A stretch of DNA of 55,114 bases from Alphaproteobacteria bacterium (GCA_009783855.1 WRCO01000004.1:1-55114), one strand, 5' to 3'; shown: positions 40,466 through 50,723, counted from the stretch's first letter. Notes: a model not told the origin generated them from the sequence alone. Made by a program: numbers and translations.

Positions 40466-40470
40466 CTTTT

Positions 40471-40554
40471 ACTCGCTTTTGCTCGTGTCGTGTTGGTGAC
40501 TCGTGCTGGTGATTCGTGGCTTTACCAGCCACCGGCACCAGCCACCGGCACGAA
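40471..40554. repeat. Family A stem-loop + mini-hairpin (rpsC/rplP)
   Basis: ACTCGCTTTTGCTCGT + TGGTGACTCGTGCTGGTGATTCGTGG...CCAGCCACCGGCACCAGCCACCGGCACG. Confidence 0.9.
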
Positions 40555-41259
40555 TTATTTTCCAATTCTTTTTTCCGTCGTTCCCGCATATTCCGTCGGG
40601 CGTGCAAGCTCGCTTGCCAGCTTGTCCTTGTTCACAACGTCGCCGGTGTAAATCCAAACCTTCACGCCGATGACGCCGTATGTCGTCTTTGCCTGAACCG
40701 ATGCGTAATCAATGTCGGCGCGAAGCGTGTGAAGCGGTATCTGACCTTCGCGGGCTTTTTCGCTGCGTGCGATTTCCGCGCCGTTAAGGCGGCCCGACAC
40801 CATGACTTTGATTCCTTTGGCGCCGGCTTTGACTGCGTTCTGAATCGCTTTTTTCATCGCGCGTTTGAATGATACGCGACCTTCGATTTGCTGCGCGATA
40901 CCTTTTGCGGTAAGGACAGCATTGGTGTCCGGGCGGCGTACTTCGTATATGTTTACGACGACCTGGTCATTCTTGACCAGTTTTTTAATCGCGTTGCGCA
41001 ATGCTTCGATATCCGCGCCGTTTTTGCCGATTATCATACCCGGGCGCGACGTGTGCACGGTCACGACGACTTTTTTCGCAAAGCGTTCGATGACAACTTT
41101 GGCAAGTCCGGCCTTGGCCAATTTCTTGTCCAAGTATTTGCGAATCTTGACGTCTTCCAAAAGCAAGACGGGATAGTCTTTCTTTGACGCCATCCAGCGC
41201 GAATCGGGAGTTTTGTTAATAAACTCTCTTAATGAAACTGGCGATACTTTCTGTCCCAT
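40555..41259 (-). CDS. rpsC: 30S ribosomal protein S3
   Basis: MGQKV, RPGMIIGK, SGRLNGAEIARSE, PLHTLRADIDY. Confidence 0.98.
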   Translation of the reverse strand: MGQKVSPVSLREFINKTPDSRWMASKKDYPVLLLEDVKIRKYLDKKLAKAGLAKVVIERFAKKVVVTVHTSRPGMIIGKNGADIEALRNAIKKLVKNDQVVVNIYEVRRPDTNAVLTAKGIAQQIEGRVSFKRAMKKAIQNAVKAGAKGIKVMVSGRLNGAEIARSEKAREGQIPLHTLRADIDYASVQAKTTYGVIGVKVWIYTGDVVNKDKLASELARPTEYAGTTEKRIGK

Positions 41260-41271
41260 TTGTTACCTTCT

Positions 41272-41706
41272 TTATTTCTTTTTAGTTGTCGGTTTAACGG
41301 TTTTCTTTTCCGCTTTCGGCGCTGCTTTTTCTTTTTTCGCCGGGGCGCCGGATTCCAATATGATTGTCAGGTTGGAAAACGGTTTTTCAATCCTGTGCGC
41401 CATGCCCTGTTTCTTCGGCATGATGCGTTTCATGACAATAGATTTGCCGCACCAGATTTCTTTCACGTACAAAGTATCGGCGGCAAGTTTGTGATTATGT
41501 TCCGCATTCGCGATTCCGGAAAGCAGCGTTTTCAAAACCTCGCCGGCACAGCGTTTTTTGGAAAACTTCAACACATCGACCGCACGGCTTGCGGGAAGAC
41601 CGCGGACGGTGTCGATGACAAGGCCCAACTTCTGGTGGCTTACGCGAATCATTTTATTGAACGCGCGCGCTTGGTTGTCTTTCAAGTTATAACGTCTTTC
41701 TGTCAT
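41272..41706 (-). CDS. rplV: 50S ribosomal protein L22
   Basis: IRVSHQK, ANAEHN; position between rpsS and rpsC. Confidence 0.93.
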   Translation of the reverse strand: MTERRYNLKDNQARAFNKMIRVSHQKLGLVIDTVRGLPASRAVDVLKFSKKRCAGEVLKTLLSGIANAEHNHKLAADTLYVKEIWCGKSIVMKRIMPKKQGMAHRIEKPFSNLTIILESGAPAKKEKAAPKAEKKTVKPTTKKK

Positions 41707-41717
41707 ATCTGCTTACC

Positions 41718-42008
41718 TTATTTCTTTCCGCCTTTTGCCGCGGCTTTTTTGTTTGCGGCGTGCCCTTTGAAAGTGCGGGTCGGCGAAAATTCGCCAAGTT
41801 TGTGGCCAATCATGTCTTCCACGACAAGCACCGGTATAAACTTGTGCCCGTTGTGCACTTCGAACGTCAATCCGACCATAGGCGGGACGACGGTGCTGTT
41901 ACGCGACCATGTCCTTATCGGTTTGCGATCATTGGTTTCGTTCGCTTTTGCGGCTTTCTTCAAGACGCTTGGGTGAACATACGGACCTTTCCAAACTGAA
42001 CGTGCCAT
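41718..42008 (-). CDS. rpsS: 30S ribosomal protein S19
   Basis: [22 protein letters not shown]. Confidence 0.98.
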   Translation of the reverse strand: MARSVWKGPYVHPSVLKKAAKANETNDRKPIRTWSRNSTVVPPMVGLTFEVHNGHKFIPVLVVEDMIGHKLGEFSPTRTFKGHAANKKAAAKGGKK

Positions 42009-42020
42009 TTTATTTCCTTT

Positions 42021-42064
42021 TCGTGGCTCGTGGCTCGTGGCTATTTGCTAGCCACCAACACGAA
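42021..42064. repeat. Short family A element (rplB/rpsS)
   Basis: (TCGTGGC)x3...AGCCACCAACACGA. Confidence 0.8.
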
Positions 42065-42901
42065 TTATTTCTTCTTCTTACTCAAATGCCTTGAACGAAT
42101 AATAAACTTACTCGTCGATTTGTTCTTGCGCGTGCGGTATCCCTTTGCCGGAACGCCGGTGCGGGATTGCGGCATGTGTCCTTTGGACTTTCCGTTTCCG
42201 CCGCCCATCGGGTGGTCGACCGGGTTTTGCGCGATACCGCGAACTGTCGGCCGGATGCCAAGCCAGCGTTTGCGTCCCGCTTTGCCAAGATTCACGTTGC
42301 GCTGATCCGGGTTGGACACGGCGCCGACGGTTGCGACGCAATCGGAATGAACTTTGCGCAATTCGCCAGAGTTCATTTTTATCTGGGCATATACGCCGTC
42401 TTTACCCATAAGTTGGGCATAGCATCCGGCGCTGCGCGCCAATTGTCCGCCCGCGCCCGGTTTCATTTCGACGTTGTGCACGATTGTTCCAATCGGCATA
42501 TTTTTAAGCGGCATGCAGTTGCCCGGCTTTATGTCCGCGGAATTTGCGGAAATAACAACATCGCCGACCGCCAGTTTTCGCGGCGCGATGATGTACGCCT
42601 TTTCGCCGTCTTTGTATTCTATCAAAGCGATGAACGCTGTGCGGTTCGGGTCGTATTCCAAACGCAGAACCGTCGCCGGCATATCTTTTTTGTTGCGCTT
42701 GAAATCGACAAGGCGATAACGGCGTTTGTGTCCGCCGCCCTGGTGATACACTGTGACATGGCCGAAATTATTGCGGCCGCCTTTGGATTTCATTCCGACG
42801 GTCAAAGATTTTTCCGGCGCGCCTTTGTGCAATTCGCTGCGGTCGACAAGCACGAGTCCGCGCATTCCAGGTGTATTAGGTTTATATTGTTTCAGTGCCA
42901 T
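42065..42901 (-). CDS. rplB: 50S ribosomal protein L2
   Basis: [23 protein letters not shown]. Confidence 0.98.
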   Translation of the reverse strand: MALKQYKPNTPGMRGLVLVDRSELHKGAPEKSLTVGMKSKGGRNNFGHVTVYHQGGGHKRRYRLVDFKRNKKDMPATVLRLEYDPNRTAFIALIEYKDGEKAYIIAPRKLAVGDVVISANSADIKPGNCMPLKNMPIGTIVHNVEMKPGAGGQLARSAGCYAQLMGKDGVYAQIKMNSGELRKVHSDCVATVGAVSNPDQRNVNLGKAGRKRWLGIRPTVRGIAQNPVDHPMGGGNGKSKGHMPQSRTGVPAKGYRTRKNKSTSKFIIRSRHLSKKKK

Positions 42902-42906
42902 AATTT

Positions 42907-42942
42907 ACTCACTTCGTTCATAGTGCCCAGTGTCTGCAACCG
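42907..42942. repeat. Mini-hairpin + truncated family B array (rplW/rplB)
   Basis: ACTCACTTCGTTCA + TAGTGCCCAGTG. Confidence 0.7.
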
Positions 42943-43272
42943 CTATGCGGTAGCGATTTCAATTCTTTCCCCAGCCTTCAGGGTGATGTACGCCTTTTTG
43001 ACTGTCTTTTGCGTTCCTTTGAACTTTCCGCGGAAAGTTTTTGTTTTGCCTTTCTGAACAATTATGTTCACCGATTTCGGCACGACGTTGTATATTGCCT
43101 GAATCGCGCGGGCGATGTCTTTTTTGGTCGCGCGCATATCGACTTCGAACGCAAGTCCGCCGGTTTCGGCAAGCTTTGCCGACTTTTCCGAAATAATCGG
43201 TTTGCGAAGGACGTCAAACGTCCCCGCTGTCGCCGTTACTTTCTTTGCTTCTTTTTCTTTTTTTTCTGTCAT
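42943..43272 (-). CDS. rplW: 50S ribosomal protein L23
   Basis: PIISEKS, ATKKDI, KKAYITL. Confidence 0.95.
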   Translation of the reverse strand: MTEKKEKEAKKVTATAGTFDVLRKPIISEKSAKLAETGGLAFEVDMRATKKDIARAIQAIYNVVPKSVNIIVQKGKTKTFRGKFKGTQKTVKKAYITLKAGERIEIATA

Positions 43273-43277
43273 ATCCG

Positions 43278-43532
43278 TTAACCTTGTTTTGTCTTAGAGG
43301 CTGTTTTTTTATATCCCGCCCAAAAAGTGTTGTCTTGATATCTGTGAGAATCCATTAATTCTTTGCCTTGGCCGGACAGCGCTTTTTTCATCAAACTCCA
43401 CAAATCCATTTGGTACATGTCCCTGTCTGAAATCATTCTGAATTTCATTCCGAAGGAACCATCGCTCATAGCGTGCTCCGGCCATCTGCCTATGGATTTT
43501 ACCACGGAAAAATCTTCCAGTATCAGCTTCAT
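43278..43532 (-). CDS. Hypothetical protein inserted between rplD and rplW
   Basis: 84-aa ORF (MKLILEDF...) starting 1 nt after the rplD stop and ending 5 nt before rplW. Confidence 0.6.
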   Translation of the reverse strand: MKLILEDFSVVKSIGRWPEHAMSDGSFGMKFRMISDRDMYQMDLWSLMKKALSGQGKELMDSHRYQDNTFWAGYKKTASKTKQG

Positions 43533-43533
43533 A

Positions 43534-44154
43534 TTATCCCAGCCTTTTTTCGATTGCCGCAATCGCGTCTTTGGTCAGGACCAGGTTATTGTGTTTCAGA
43601 ATATCCAAAACATTCAACCCCATCGTCGGCAAGACATCAATGTACGGAATATTCGCGGTGGATTTTTTGAAATTCGCATCAATCGCATCGGCGCCGACGA
43701 ACAGCGCGTTCGTCAGTTTTAATTTGCCCAAGTGTTTTACCATCGTCGCTGTTTTTGCGGCCGCGACCTTTTCGGAATCAATGACCAAAAGCGTTCCGTC
43801 CTTCACCTTGGACGACAAAGCCATTTTAAGGCCAAGCGCGCGAATCTTTTTCGGCAATTCCGTCGCATGGTCGCGCGGATGCGGTCCGTGTACGACCGCG
43901 CCGCCGCGCATGTGAACGTTGAATCTTTCACCCTGGCGCGCGCGTCCGGTTTTTTTCTGTTTGACCATCTTTTTGGACGAACCGGTGATGTCGGACACTG
44001 TTTTTACTTTGTGCGTTCCGGCGCGCGCTTTGTTGCGCTGCCAAGTCACAACGCGGTGAAGGATGTCCGCGCGCGGCTCCAGCCCGAAAATGGTATCGAC
44101 CAAATCGGCCTTGCCAACCGCTTTTCCATCAAAATTTATAATATCGATTTGCAT
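43534..44154 (-). CDS. rplD: 50S ribosomal protein L4
   Basis: QKKTGRARQG, GGAVVHGP, GLNVLDIL; start MQIDI. Confidence 0.97.
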   Translation of the reverse strand: MQIDIINFDGKAVGKADLVDTIFGLEPRADILHRVVTWQRNKARAGTHKVKTVSDITGSSKKMVKQKKTGRARQGERFNVHMRGGAVVHGPHPRDHATELPKKIRALGLKMALSSKVKDGTLLVIDSEKVAAAKTATMVKHLGKLKLTNALFVGADAIDANFKKSTANIPYIDVLPTMGLNVLDILKHNNLVLTKDAIAAIEKRLG

Positions 44155-44159
44155 TTCAT

Positions 44160-44206
44160 GCTCGCTTTGCTTCGCAGGCACTAGGCACTGGGCACTAGGC
44201 ACTGGT
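44160..44206. repeat. Family B array + mini-hairpin overlapping the rplC stop
   Basis: GCTCGCTTTGCTTCGC + AGGCACTAGGCACTGGGCACTAGGCACTGG. Confidence 0.88.
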
Positions 44207-44992
44207 TTCTTCTTCCGTTTTAAGTTCTTCCGCAACAGGTTCTGTCGCGATTTCTTCCGCTTGTTCCGCGACCGCCTCGGCGACCTCTTCACCAATGATC
44301 ACAGGTTCCTGGCCACCGGTCACCGCCGATTTTGTCGGTGTCGGCAAATCCTTGTGTTCTATTTTCACCGCATCGGTGACAAGAACGAATGTTCCGTTCG
44401 CGCCCGGGACGCTGCCGGACACATAAATCAAATTATCTTCTTCGTTGATGCCGAATACTTTAAGGTTCTGGACAGTAACGGTTTCATTACCCATTTGTCC
44501 CGGCATCTTTTTACCTTTGAACACGCGGCCCGGCCATTCGCGCTGACCTGTGCCGCCAAGCGAACGATGCGCTTTAAGAACGCCGTGCGATGCTTCAAGT
44601 CCGGCAAAGTTATGACGTTTCATCGCGCCTTGGAAACCTTTGCCCTTTGATGTTCCTTGGGCGTCAATCATTTGACCTTCGACAAAATGTCCCGCCGACA
44701 TCGCCGTGCCAACAGGAATCAGACAATCTTCGGAAACGCGGAATTCGACAACTTTGCGATATGCTTTCACGCCCTCTTTCTTCGCCGCGACCAGTTGCGG
44801 TTTGTTGACATGTTTGTCTTTGGCTTCTTGGAATCCGACCTGGACCGCGACGTATCCGTGTTTGGACTGGGTGCGGTTGCCGATGACCGCACAATCGCCG
44901 ACGGACAGAACAGTGACGCCGTGCGCCACGCCTTTGTCGTCAAACAGGCGCGTCATCCCAATTTTTTTCGTTATCAATCCCGAACGTTTCAT
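44195..44992 (-). CDS. rplC: 50S ribosomal protein L3 with acidic C-terminal extension
   Basis: KIGMT, SKGKGFQG, KGKKMPG, GSVPG. Confidence 0.97.
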   Translation of the reverse strand: MKRSGLITKKIGMTRLFDDKGVAHGVTVLSVGDCAVIGNRTQSKHGYVAVQVGFQEAKDKHVNKPQLVAAKKEGVKAYRKVVEFRVSEDCLIPVGTAMSAGHFVEGQMIDAQGTSKGKGFQGAMKRHNFAGLEASHGVLKAHRSLGGTGQREWPGRVFKGKKMPGQMGNETVTVQNLKVFGINEEDNLIYVSGSVPGANGTFVLVTDAVKIEHKDLPTPTKSAVTGGQEPVIIGEEVAEAVAEQAEEIATEPVAEELKTEEETSA

Positions 44993-45006
44993 TTTTATGC
45001 CTTTGT

Positions 45007-45315
45007 TTATAATTTTATCTTCACGTCAACTCCGGACGCCAAATCCAACTTCATCAAGGCATCTACTGTCTGAGGGGTTGGATTAACAATGTCGATAAGC
45101 CGCTTGTGGTTGCGGATTTCGAACTGTTCGCGGGATTTTTTATCCACGTGCGGCGAACGGTTGACCGTAAACTTTTGTATGTGTGTCGGCAAAGGAACAA
45201 GCTTTGCATCCGCGCCGGTGCGTTTCGCCGCTTTCACAATTTCTTCGACGGACGATTGCAACACGCGGTGGTCAAACGCTGTAAGCTTTATGCGAATTTT
45301 CGATGATGGAATCAT
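45007..45315 (-). CDS. rpsJ: 30S ribosomal protein S10
   Basis: [23 protein letters not shown]. Confidence 0.98.
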   Translation of the reverse strand: MIPSSKIRIKLTAFDHRVLQSSVEEIVKAAKRTGADAKLVPLPTHIQKFTVNRSPHVDKKSREQFEIRNHKRLIDIVNPTPQTVDALMKLDLASGVDVKIKL

Positions 45316-45331
45316 TTCTTTTTTCCTTTGC

Positions 45332-45400
45332 TAGTGGCTGGCGACCTGTGCTGGCGGCTTGCGGTTGAACACCCGCCACCAGCACCAGTCGTCAGCGCGA
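45332..45400. repeat. Degenerate family A stem-loop (tuf/rpsJ)
   Basis: TAGTGGCTGGCGACCTGTGCTGGCGG...CCGCCACCAGCACCAGTCGTCAGC. Confidence 0.75.
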
Positions 45401-46588
45401 CTATTTCAATATCTTCGCAACAACTCCGGAACCGACCGTGCGTCCGCCTTCGCGGATGGCAAAGCGGCGACCTTCGTCCATGGCAATCGGCGCAATCAGC
45501 TTTACAGTGATGCGAACGTTGTCACCCGGCAAGACCATTTCTTTGTCTTTCGGAAGTTCGATTGTTCCGGTGACGTCTGTCGTCGAAAAATAGAACTGTG
45601 GGCGATAGTTGCTGAAAAACGCTGTGTGGCGGCCGCCTTCGTCTTTGGTCAAGATATAGACTTCGGCTTCAAAGTCCGTGTGCGGGGTGATAGAGCCCGG
45701 TTTGCACAGAATCTGGCCGCGTTCCACGTCTTCTTTCTTTGTGCCGCGCAAAAGCAGTCCGACATTGTCGCCCGCTTCGCCGGTGTCAAGCAATTTGCGG
45801 AACATTTCGACGCCGGTGACGGTTGTTTTTGTTGTCGGGCGAAGGCCGACGATTTCAACTTCTTCGCCGACTTTGATAACGCCTGTTTCGATACGGCCGG
45901 TGACCACTGTGCCGCGACCGGTGATGGAGAACACGTCTTCAACCGGCATAAGGAACGGTTTTTCAACCGGGCGGGCCGGTGTCGGGATGAATGTATCAAG
46001 CGCATTCATCAGGTTGTCGATGGCTTCTTTGCCAAGCCCGTCCGATTTGCCTTCGACGGCGGAAACGGCAGAGCCGCGGATAATCGGAGTGTTCGCGCCG
46101 TCAAATCCGTTTGCGGACAACAGTTCGCGAAGTTCCATTTCGACAAGTTCCAACAGTTCTTCGTCTTTGGCAAGGTCGCATTTGTTAAGGAACACGACGA
46201 TGTGGCCGATACCGACCTGGCGCGCCAACAGAACGTGTTCACGTGTCTGGGGCATCGGGCCGTCGGTCGCCGCGCATACCAATATTGCGCCGTCCATCTG
46301 GGCCGCGCCGGTAATCATGTTTTTGACATAGTCGGCGTGCCCCGGGCAGTCGACGTGCGCATAGTGGCGGTTTTCGGTTTCATATTCGACGTGCGATGTG
46401 TTAATCGTTATGCCGCGCGATTTTTCTTCCGGCGCGTTGTCGATTTGCGCGACACCTTTGTTTCTGTCCGCGCCAACGCCATAGTGATGGACAATCGCGG
46501 CCGTCAGCGTGGTTTTACCATGGTCCACGTGACCGATTGTTCCAACGTTGACGTGCGGTTTTGTTCTTACGAACTTTTCTTTGGCCAT
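45401..46588 (-). CDS. tuf: Elongation factor Tu
   Basis: [25 protein letters not shown]. Confidence 0.99.
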   Translation of the reverse strand: MAKEKFVRTKPHVNVGTIGHVDHGKTTLTAAIVHHYGVGADRNKGVAQIDNAPEEKSRGITINTSHVEYETENRHYAHVDCPGHADYVKNMITGAAQMDGAILVCAATDGPMPQTREHVLLARQVGIGHIVVFLNKCDLAKDEELLELVEMELRELLSANGFDGANTPIIRGSAVSAVEGKSDGLGKEAIDNLMNALDTFIPTPARPVEKPFLMPVEDVFSITGRGTVVTGRIETGVIKVGEEVEIVGLRPTTKTTVTGVEMFRKLLDTGEAGDNVGLLLRGTKKEDVERGQILCKPGSITPHTDFEAEVYILTKDEGGRHTAFFSNYRPQFYFSTTDVTGTIELPKDKEMVLPGDNVRITVKLIAPIAMDEGRRFAIREGGRTVGSGVVAKILK

Positions 46589-46619
46589 AGCTTTCTCCTT
46601 TGGCTTAGTTTTGTTTTGT

Positions 46620-48701
46620 TTATTTGCTGTGTTTCTTAATCACTTCGTCTACGACATTCTGCGGCACGTCCGAATAGTGGGACAATTCCATATAGGGATT
46701 CGCCCGACCCTGGGACAAGGAACGCAGAGTTTTGACATATCCGAAAAGATTTGCCAGCGGTATATAGGCCTCGATAACCTGGTTGCCGAATTCCATCTTC
46801 ATGCCGTTGATTTGCCCGCGGCGGGAATTCATGTCGCCTATGATGTCGCCGGTATATTCTTCCGGTGTCGTTACCGAAACCTTCATAATGGGTTCCAGCA
46901 ATTTGGGACGCGATTCCTGCATCGCTTCGCGAAAGCAGGCGCGCGCGGCTATTTCAAAACAGAGAACGTTGGAATCGACTTCGTGATACTTTCCGTCCAA
47001 CAGGGTTGCCTTGAAATCTACGGTGGGATAGCCAAGCACGGTACCGGAATTTTGCGCTATCTTTAATCCTTTTTCGACGCCGGGGATATATTCTTTCGGA
47101 ATTGTTCCGCCGACAATTTTGTTTTCGAATTCGTATCCGGTGCCGGGTTCAAGCGGTTCGAAAGTAATTTCAACCTGGGCGTATTGACCGGAACCGCCGG
47201 ACTGTTTTTTATGGGTATATTGTTTGGTGACCGCGCGGCCGAACGCTTCGCGATACGCGATGCGCGGTTCGCCCGTGTTCGCTTCGACTTTGAATTCGCG
47301 AAGCAGGCGGTCGACAAGAATTTCCAAATGCAATTCGCCGACGCCGGAAAGAATAGTCTGGCCGGATTCCTGGTCGACATGCACGCGGAACGACGGGTCT
47401 TCTTTGGCCAAAGCCTGAAGCCCAAGGGCCATTTTTTCAATGTCCGCTTTGGATTTCGGTTCGATGGCGATCGACATGACCGGTTCCGGAATATGGATGC
47501 GTTGTAAAATAATCGGCTTTGATTCGTCGCAAAGCGTATCGCCGGTGATTGTTTCTTTAAGGCCGACAAGAACGACGATGTCGCCCGCCGACGCTTCTTT
47601 GATTTCTTCGCGGTTGTTCGAATGCATAAGCAACATGCGGCCGACGCGTTCGCGTTTGTCTTTGGATGAATTGAATACGTACGAGCCGGCGGAAAGCGTT
47701 CCGGAGAATATGCGGATGAACATGATGTTTCCGACATACGGGTCGTTTGCGATTTTGAATGCAAGCGCGCTGAACGGTTCTTTCGCGTCCGGTTTTCTGT
47801 CTTCTTCGGTTTCGCCGTCCATTTTCACGCCGGTGATTGTTCCAATGTCAAGCGGCGACGGAAGATAATCGACAACCGCGTCAAGCAGGGGTTCGACGCC
47901 CTTGTTCTTGAATGAAGTTCCGCACAGGATAGGATTGAAATTCTGAGCGATTGTTCCCTTGCGAAGAAGTCTTTTGATTGTGGCGACGTCGGGTTTGGTT
48001 CCTTCCATATATGCTTCCATAACCGCGTCGTCAAGCGTCACGACCTCTTCAATAAGCTTTTCGTGAAGTTCGTCGGCCTTTGCTTTCAAGTCGGCCGGAA
48101 TTTCTTTGATGGCGTAATCTTTGCCGGAATCGTCTTCCCATACAAGCGCGCGCATTTCAACGACATCGACAACGCCGCAGAAATCGGATTCGGCGCCGAT
48201 GGGAAAATTGATGACGACGGGATTTGCGCCAAGGCGTTCGCGTATCATGTCGATACAGCGGAAGAAATCGCCGCCGATTCTGTCCATTTTATTGATAAAG
48301 CAAATGCGCGGAACGTTATAACGATTTGCCTGGCGCCATACTGTTTCCGTCTGCGGCTGAACACCCGATACGGATTCGAATACCGCGACCGCGCCGTCAA
48401 GCACGCGAAGCGACCGTTCCACTTCGATTGTAAAGTCCACGTGACCCGGAGTGTCGATAAGATTGATGCGATGGTCGCGCCAAAAGCATGTGGTCGCGGC
48501 GGATGTGATGGTGATTCCGCGTTCCTGTTCCTGTGCCATCCAGTCCATGGTGGCGCCGCCGTCGTGCACTTCGCCGGTTTTGTGAATTTTTCCGGTACGG
48601 AACAAGATGCGTTCCGACGTAGTCGTCTTGCCGGCGTCAATGTGGGCCATGATGCCGATATTGCGGTAATCTTTCAAAGGTGCGGTTTTTCCAAGTGCCA
48701 T
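46620..48701 (-). CDS. fusA: Elongation factor G
   Basis: [23 protein letters not shown]. Confidence 0.99.
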   Translation of the reverse strand: MALGKTAPLKDYRNIGIMAHIDAGKTTTSERILFRTGKIHKTGEVHDGGATMDWMAQEQERGITITSAATTCFWRDHRINLIDTPGHVDFTIEVERSLRVLDGAVAVFESVSGVQPQTETVWRQANRYNVPRICFINKMDRIGGDFFRCIDMIRERLGANPVVINFPIGAESDFCGVVDVVEMRALVWEDDSGKDYAIKEIPADLKAKADELHEKLIEEVVTLDDAVMEAYMEGTKPDVATIKRLLRKGTIAQNFNPILCGTSFKNKGVEPLLDAVVDYLPSPLDIGTITGVKMDGETEEDRKPDAKEPFSALAFKIANDPYVGNIMFIRIFSGTLSAGSYVFNSSKDKRERVGRMLLMHSNNREEIKEASAGDIVVLVGLKETITGDTLCDESKPIILQRIHIPEPVMSIAIEPKSKADIEKMALGLQALAKEDPSFRVHVDQESGQTILSGVGELHLEILVDRLLREFKVEANTGEPRIAYREAFGRAVTKQYTHKKQSGGSGQYAQVEITFEPLEPGTGYEFENKIVGGTIPKEYIPGVEKGLKIAQNSGTVLGYPTVDFKATLLDGKYHEVDSNVLCFEIAARACFREAMQESRPKLLEPIMKVSVTTPEEYTGDIIGDMNSRRGQINGMKMEFGNQVIEAYIPLANLFGYVKTLRSLSQGRANPYMELSHYSDVPQNVVDEVIKKHSK

Positions 48702-48707
48702 TTTTTT

Positions 48708-48790
48708 GCTCGTTTCTCTCGCCGTGCTGGTGACTCGTGCCGGTGACTCGTGGCTATCTACCAGCCATCAGCACCAACACCAACACGAAT
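48708..48790. repeat. Family A stem-loop + mini-hairpin (rpsG/fusA)
   Basis: GCTCGTTTCTCTCGC + GTGCTGGTGACTCGTGCCGGTGACTCGTGG...CCAGCCATCAGCACCAACACCAACACG. Confidence 0.9.
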
Positions 48791-48794
48791 TATT

Positions 48795-49268
48795 TTACCA
48801 TCTGAAATGCGCGAACGCCTTGTTCGCGTCTGCCATTTTATGTGTGTCTGTCTTTTTCTTGAACGCGTTTCCGGAACCGGCAAGCGCGTCGCGAAGTTCG
48901 CCGAACAAACGTTCTTCCATCGAACGTTCGCCGCGTTTGCGCGCGAATTGGACAAGCCAGCGCAGCGCAAGGGTCTGTTGCCGTTCTTTGCGGACTTCGA
49001 CCGGAACCTGGTATGTCGCGCCGCCGACGCGGCGGCCTTTGACTTCGACAGACGGTTTAAGCGCGTCGACCGCGTCAAGGAACGCGACCAATTCGTTGCC
49101 ATCTTTCGCAACTTTTTTCAATCTTTCAAGCGCGCCGTACACGATGTTTTCGGCGACTTCTTTTTTACCGTCCCACATGATGACGTTAATCAATTTCGCA
49201 ACGACCAGATTGTTGTATTTGGAATCTGGAAGTATTTCGCGTTTTGTGGCTTGCTTTCTGCGTGACAT
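48795..49268 (-). CDS. rpsG: 30S ribosomal protein S7
   Basis: [26 protein letters not shown]. Confidence 0.98.
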   Translation of the reverse strand: MSRRKQATKREILPDSKYNNLVVAKLINVIMWDGKKEVAENIVYGALERLKKVAKDGNELVAFLDAVDALKPSVEVKGRRVGGATYQVPVEVRKERQQTLALRWLVQFARKRGERSMEERLFGELRDALAGSGNAFKKKTDTHKMADANKAFAHFRW

Positions 49269-49273
49269 TTTTT

Positions 49274-49421
49274 ACTCGTTTCACTCGTAGGCACTAGGCA
49301 CTGGGCACTAGGCACTGGTTACTCACTTTATTTTATAAACCTTTATAAAACTTCAGTGCGGCTAGGCTGTTTTATTTTAACCCGGACTACTAGTGCCTAG
49401 TGCCTAGTGCCCAGTGCCCTG
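49274..49421. repeat. Family B stem-loop + mini-hairpin (rpsL/rpsG)
   Basis: ACTCGTTTCACTCGT + AGGCACTAGGCACTGGGCACTAGGCACTGG...CTAGTGCCTAGTGCCTAGTGCCCAGTGCC. Confidence 0.9.
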
Positions 49422-49796
49422 TCAGGCTTTCTTCGCCTTTGCGCCATACAGCGAACGGCTTTGTTTTCTTGCGGCCACGCCCTGGGTATCCAAGACGCCG
49501 CGGATGATGTGATATTTGACACCCGGCAAGTCGCGCACTTTCCCGCCGCGTATCATGACGACGCTGTGTTCTTGAAGGTTGTGGCCTTCGCCCGGAATAT
49601 ATGCGGTGACTTCGCGTCCGTTTGCCAATTTGACACGGGCGACTTTACGTTGGGCCGAATTAGGTTTTTTCGGGGTGGTCGTGTAAACGCGCGTGCAAAC
49701 GCCGCGCTTTTGAGGATTTCCCTTCATATCCGGCGACTTGGAACGATTCGCAATCTTCTTGCGCGGTTTCCGAATCAGTTGGTTTACTGTTGGCAT
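49422..49796 (-). CDS. rpsL: 30S ribosomal protein S12
   Basis: [25 protein letters not shown]. Confidence 0.99.
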   Translation of the reverse strand: MPTVNQLIRKPRKKIANRSKSPDMKGNPQKRGVCTRVYTTTPKKPNSAQRKVARVKLANGREVTAYIPGEGHNLQEHSVVMIRGGKVRDLPGVKYHIIRGVLDTQGVAARKQSRSLYGAKAKKA

Positions 49797-49945
49797 CAGA
49801 TAACTCTTTGTTTTTTAATTGCTTTTTTGTGCAATAAATCCGCCCGGTTTATTTCATCGCAAAGTTGGCCATGATTATAAACCGTTGATTTTGGACAGAT
49901 TTCTGTACATAATTGCCTTTCGCCAGCATCGCGAAAAGCCCGCAT

Positions 49946-49974
49946 ACTATAAGGGCAAGACGGAGAAAAGTCAA
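49946..49974 (-). promoter_or_regulatory. str operon promoter
   Basis: TTGACT-17-TATAGT on the minus strand. Confidence 0.7.
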
Positions 49975-49987
49975 GAAAAAATGCGAA

Positions 49988-50017
49988 AAAATCCCCCGCC
50001 GGTTGGCGGGGGATTTT
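49988..50017. terminator. Intrinsic terminator after the OMP gene
   Basis: AAAATCCCCCGCC-GGTT-GGCGGGGGATTTT. Confidence 0.85.
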
Positions 50018-50034
50018 ATCTTGGCTCAAATAAC

Positions 50035-50649
50035 TTAGAATGTGTATCTCACACCAAGTTTGAACAGGTTTGTACCTTCGAAATCGGATTTACGTGCGTC
50101 CGAGCTTGTGCTCCAGCCCATTTTTCCAACATACATTTCCCAAACACGGTTGTATTCAAGGTCAAGGTTCAAACGGTCTGTAAGAGCATACGAAACGCCA
50201 AGGATGAACGAGCCGTCCATGGTCAATCGTGTAATCGACTGGCTGCCTGGTCCTGCGTTGCGTTGAAAGTCAAAGCTGAAATGGGACAATCCAAGACCGA
50301 CGGACGGTGTGAATCCTCTCCATTCCAGTTGTTTGATGTCATACAGAGCTCTTACTTCCCAAATACCAAAGGAACTTACGATTTCGTTGACGGAACCATA
50401 GAATTCGCCACCCTGCAACGTAACGTCCACATCAACATTGTTGTTAGCGTTCACGTTCGAGTCCGGGTTGTATTGAAACACATTGGCTTCCAAACGGAAT
50501 CCGTTTCCGAACGCCCAACCGACGTTACCACGGATAATTCCGTCATCAGCACTTCCGCCAAAGCCGAAGCCGCCGCCAACGTAAAGATTCGCGTTTGCGG
50601 AAGCTGTTACGCCCAAGACAAGCGCGGATGTTAAGAGTATTTTTTTCAT
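50035..50649 (-). CDS. Outer-membrane beta-barrel protein (OmpA-TM/opacity-like)
   Basis: Signal peptide, LYVGGGFG, GFRLE, TPSVGLG, C-terminal GVRYTF. Confidence 0.85.
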   Translation of the reverse strand: MKKILLTSALVLGVTASANANLYVGGGFGFGGSADDGIIRGNVGWAFGNGFRLEANVFQYNPDSNVNANNNVDVDVTLQGGEFYGSVNEIVSSFGIWEVRALYDIKQLEWRGFTPSVGLGLSHFSFDFQRNAGPGSQSITRLTMDGSFILGVSYALTDRLNLDLEYNRVWEMYVGKMGWSTSSDARKSDFEGTNLFKLGVRYTF

Positions 50650-50694
50650 GAGTTTTTCTCCTTATTTCCAACACACTATCGTGTCGATGTCGCG

Positions 50695-50723
50695 ATTCTA
50701 ATCATACAGTTCAAAAGAGTCAA
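50695..50723 (-). promoter_or_regulatory. Promoter of the OMP gene
   Basis: TTGACT-17-TAGAAT on the minus strand. Confidence 0.7.

Noticed and set aside
45359..46639. Long antisense ORFs over tuf and other core genes
   Set aside because: Shadow frames from codon bias of highly expressed genes; no recognisable motifs.
32234..49421. CRISPR-like reading of the recurring repeats
   Set aside because: The repeats are degenerate inverted heptamer arrays separated by whole genes; there are no constant repeat/spacer units and no cas genes.
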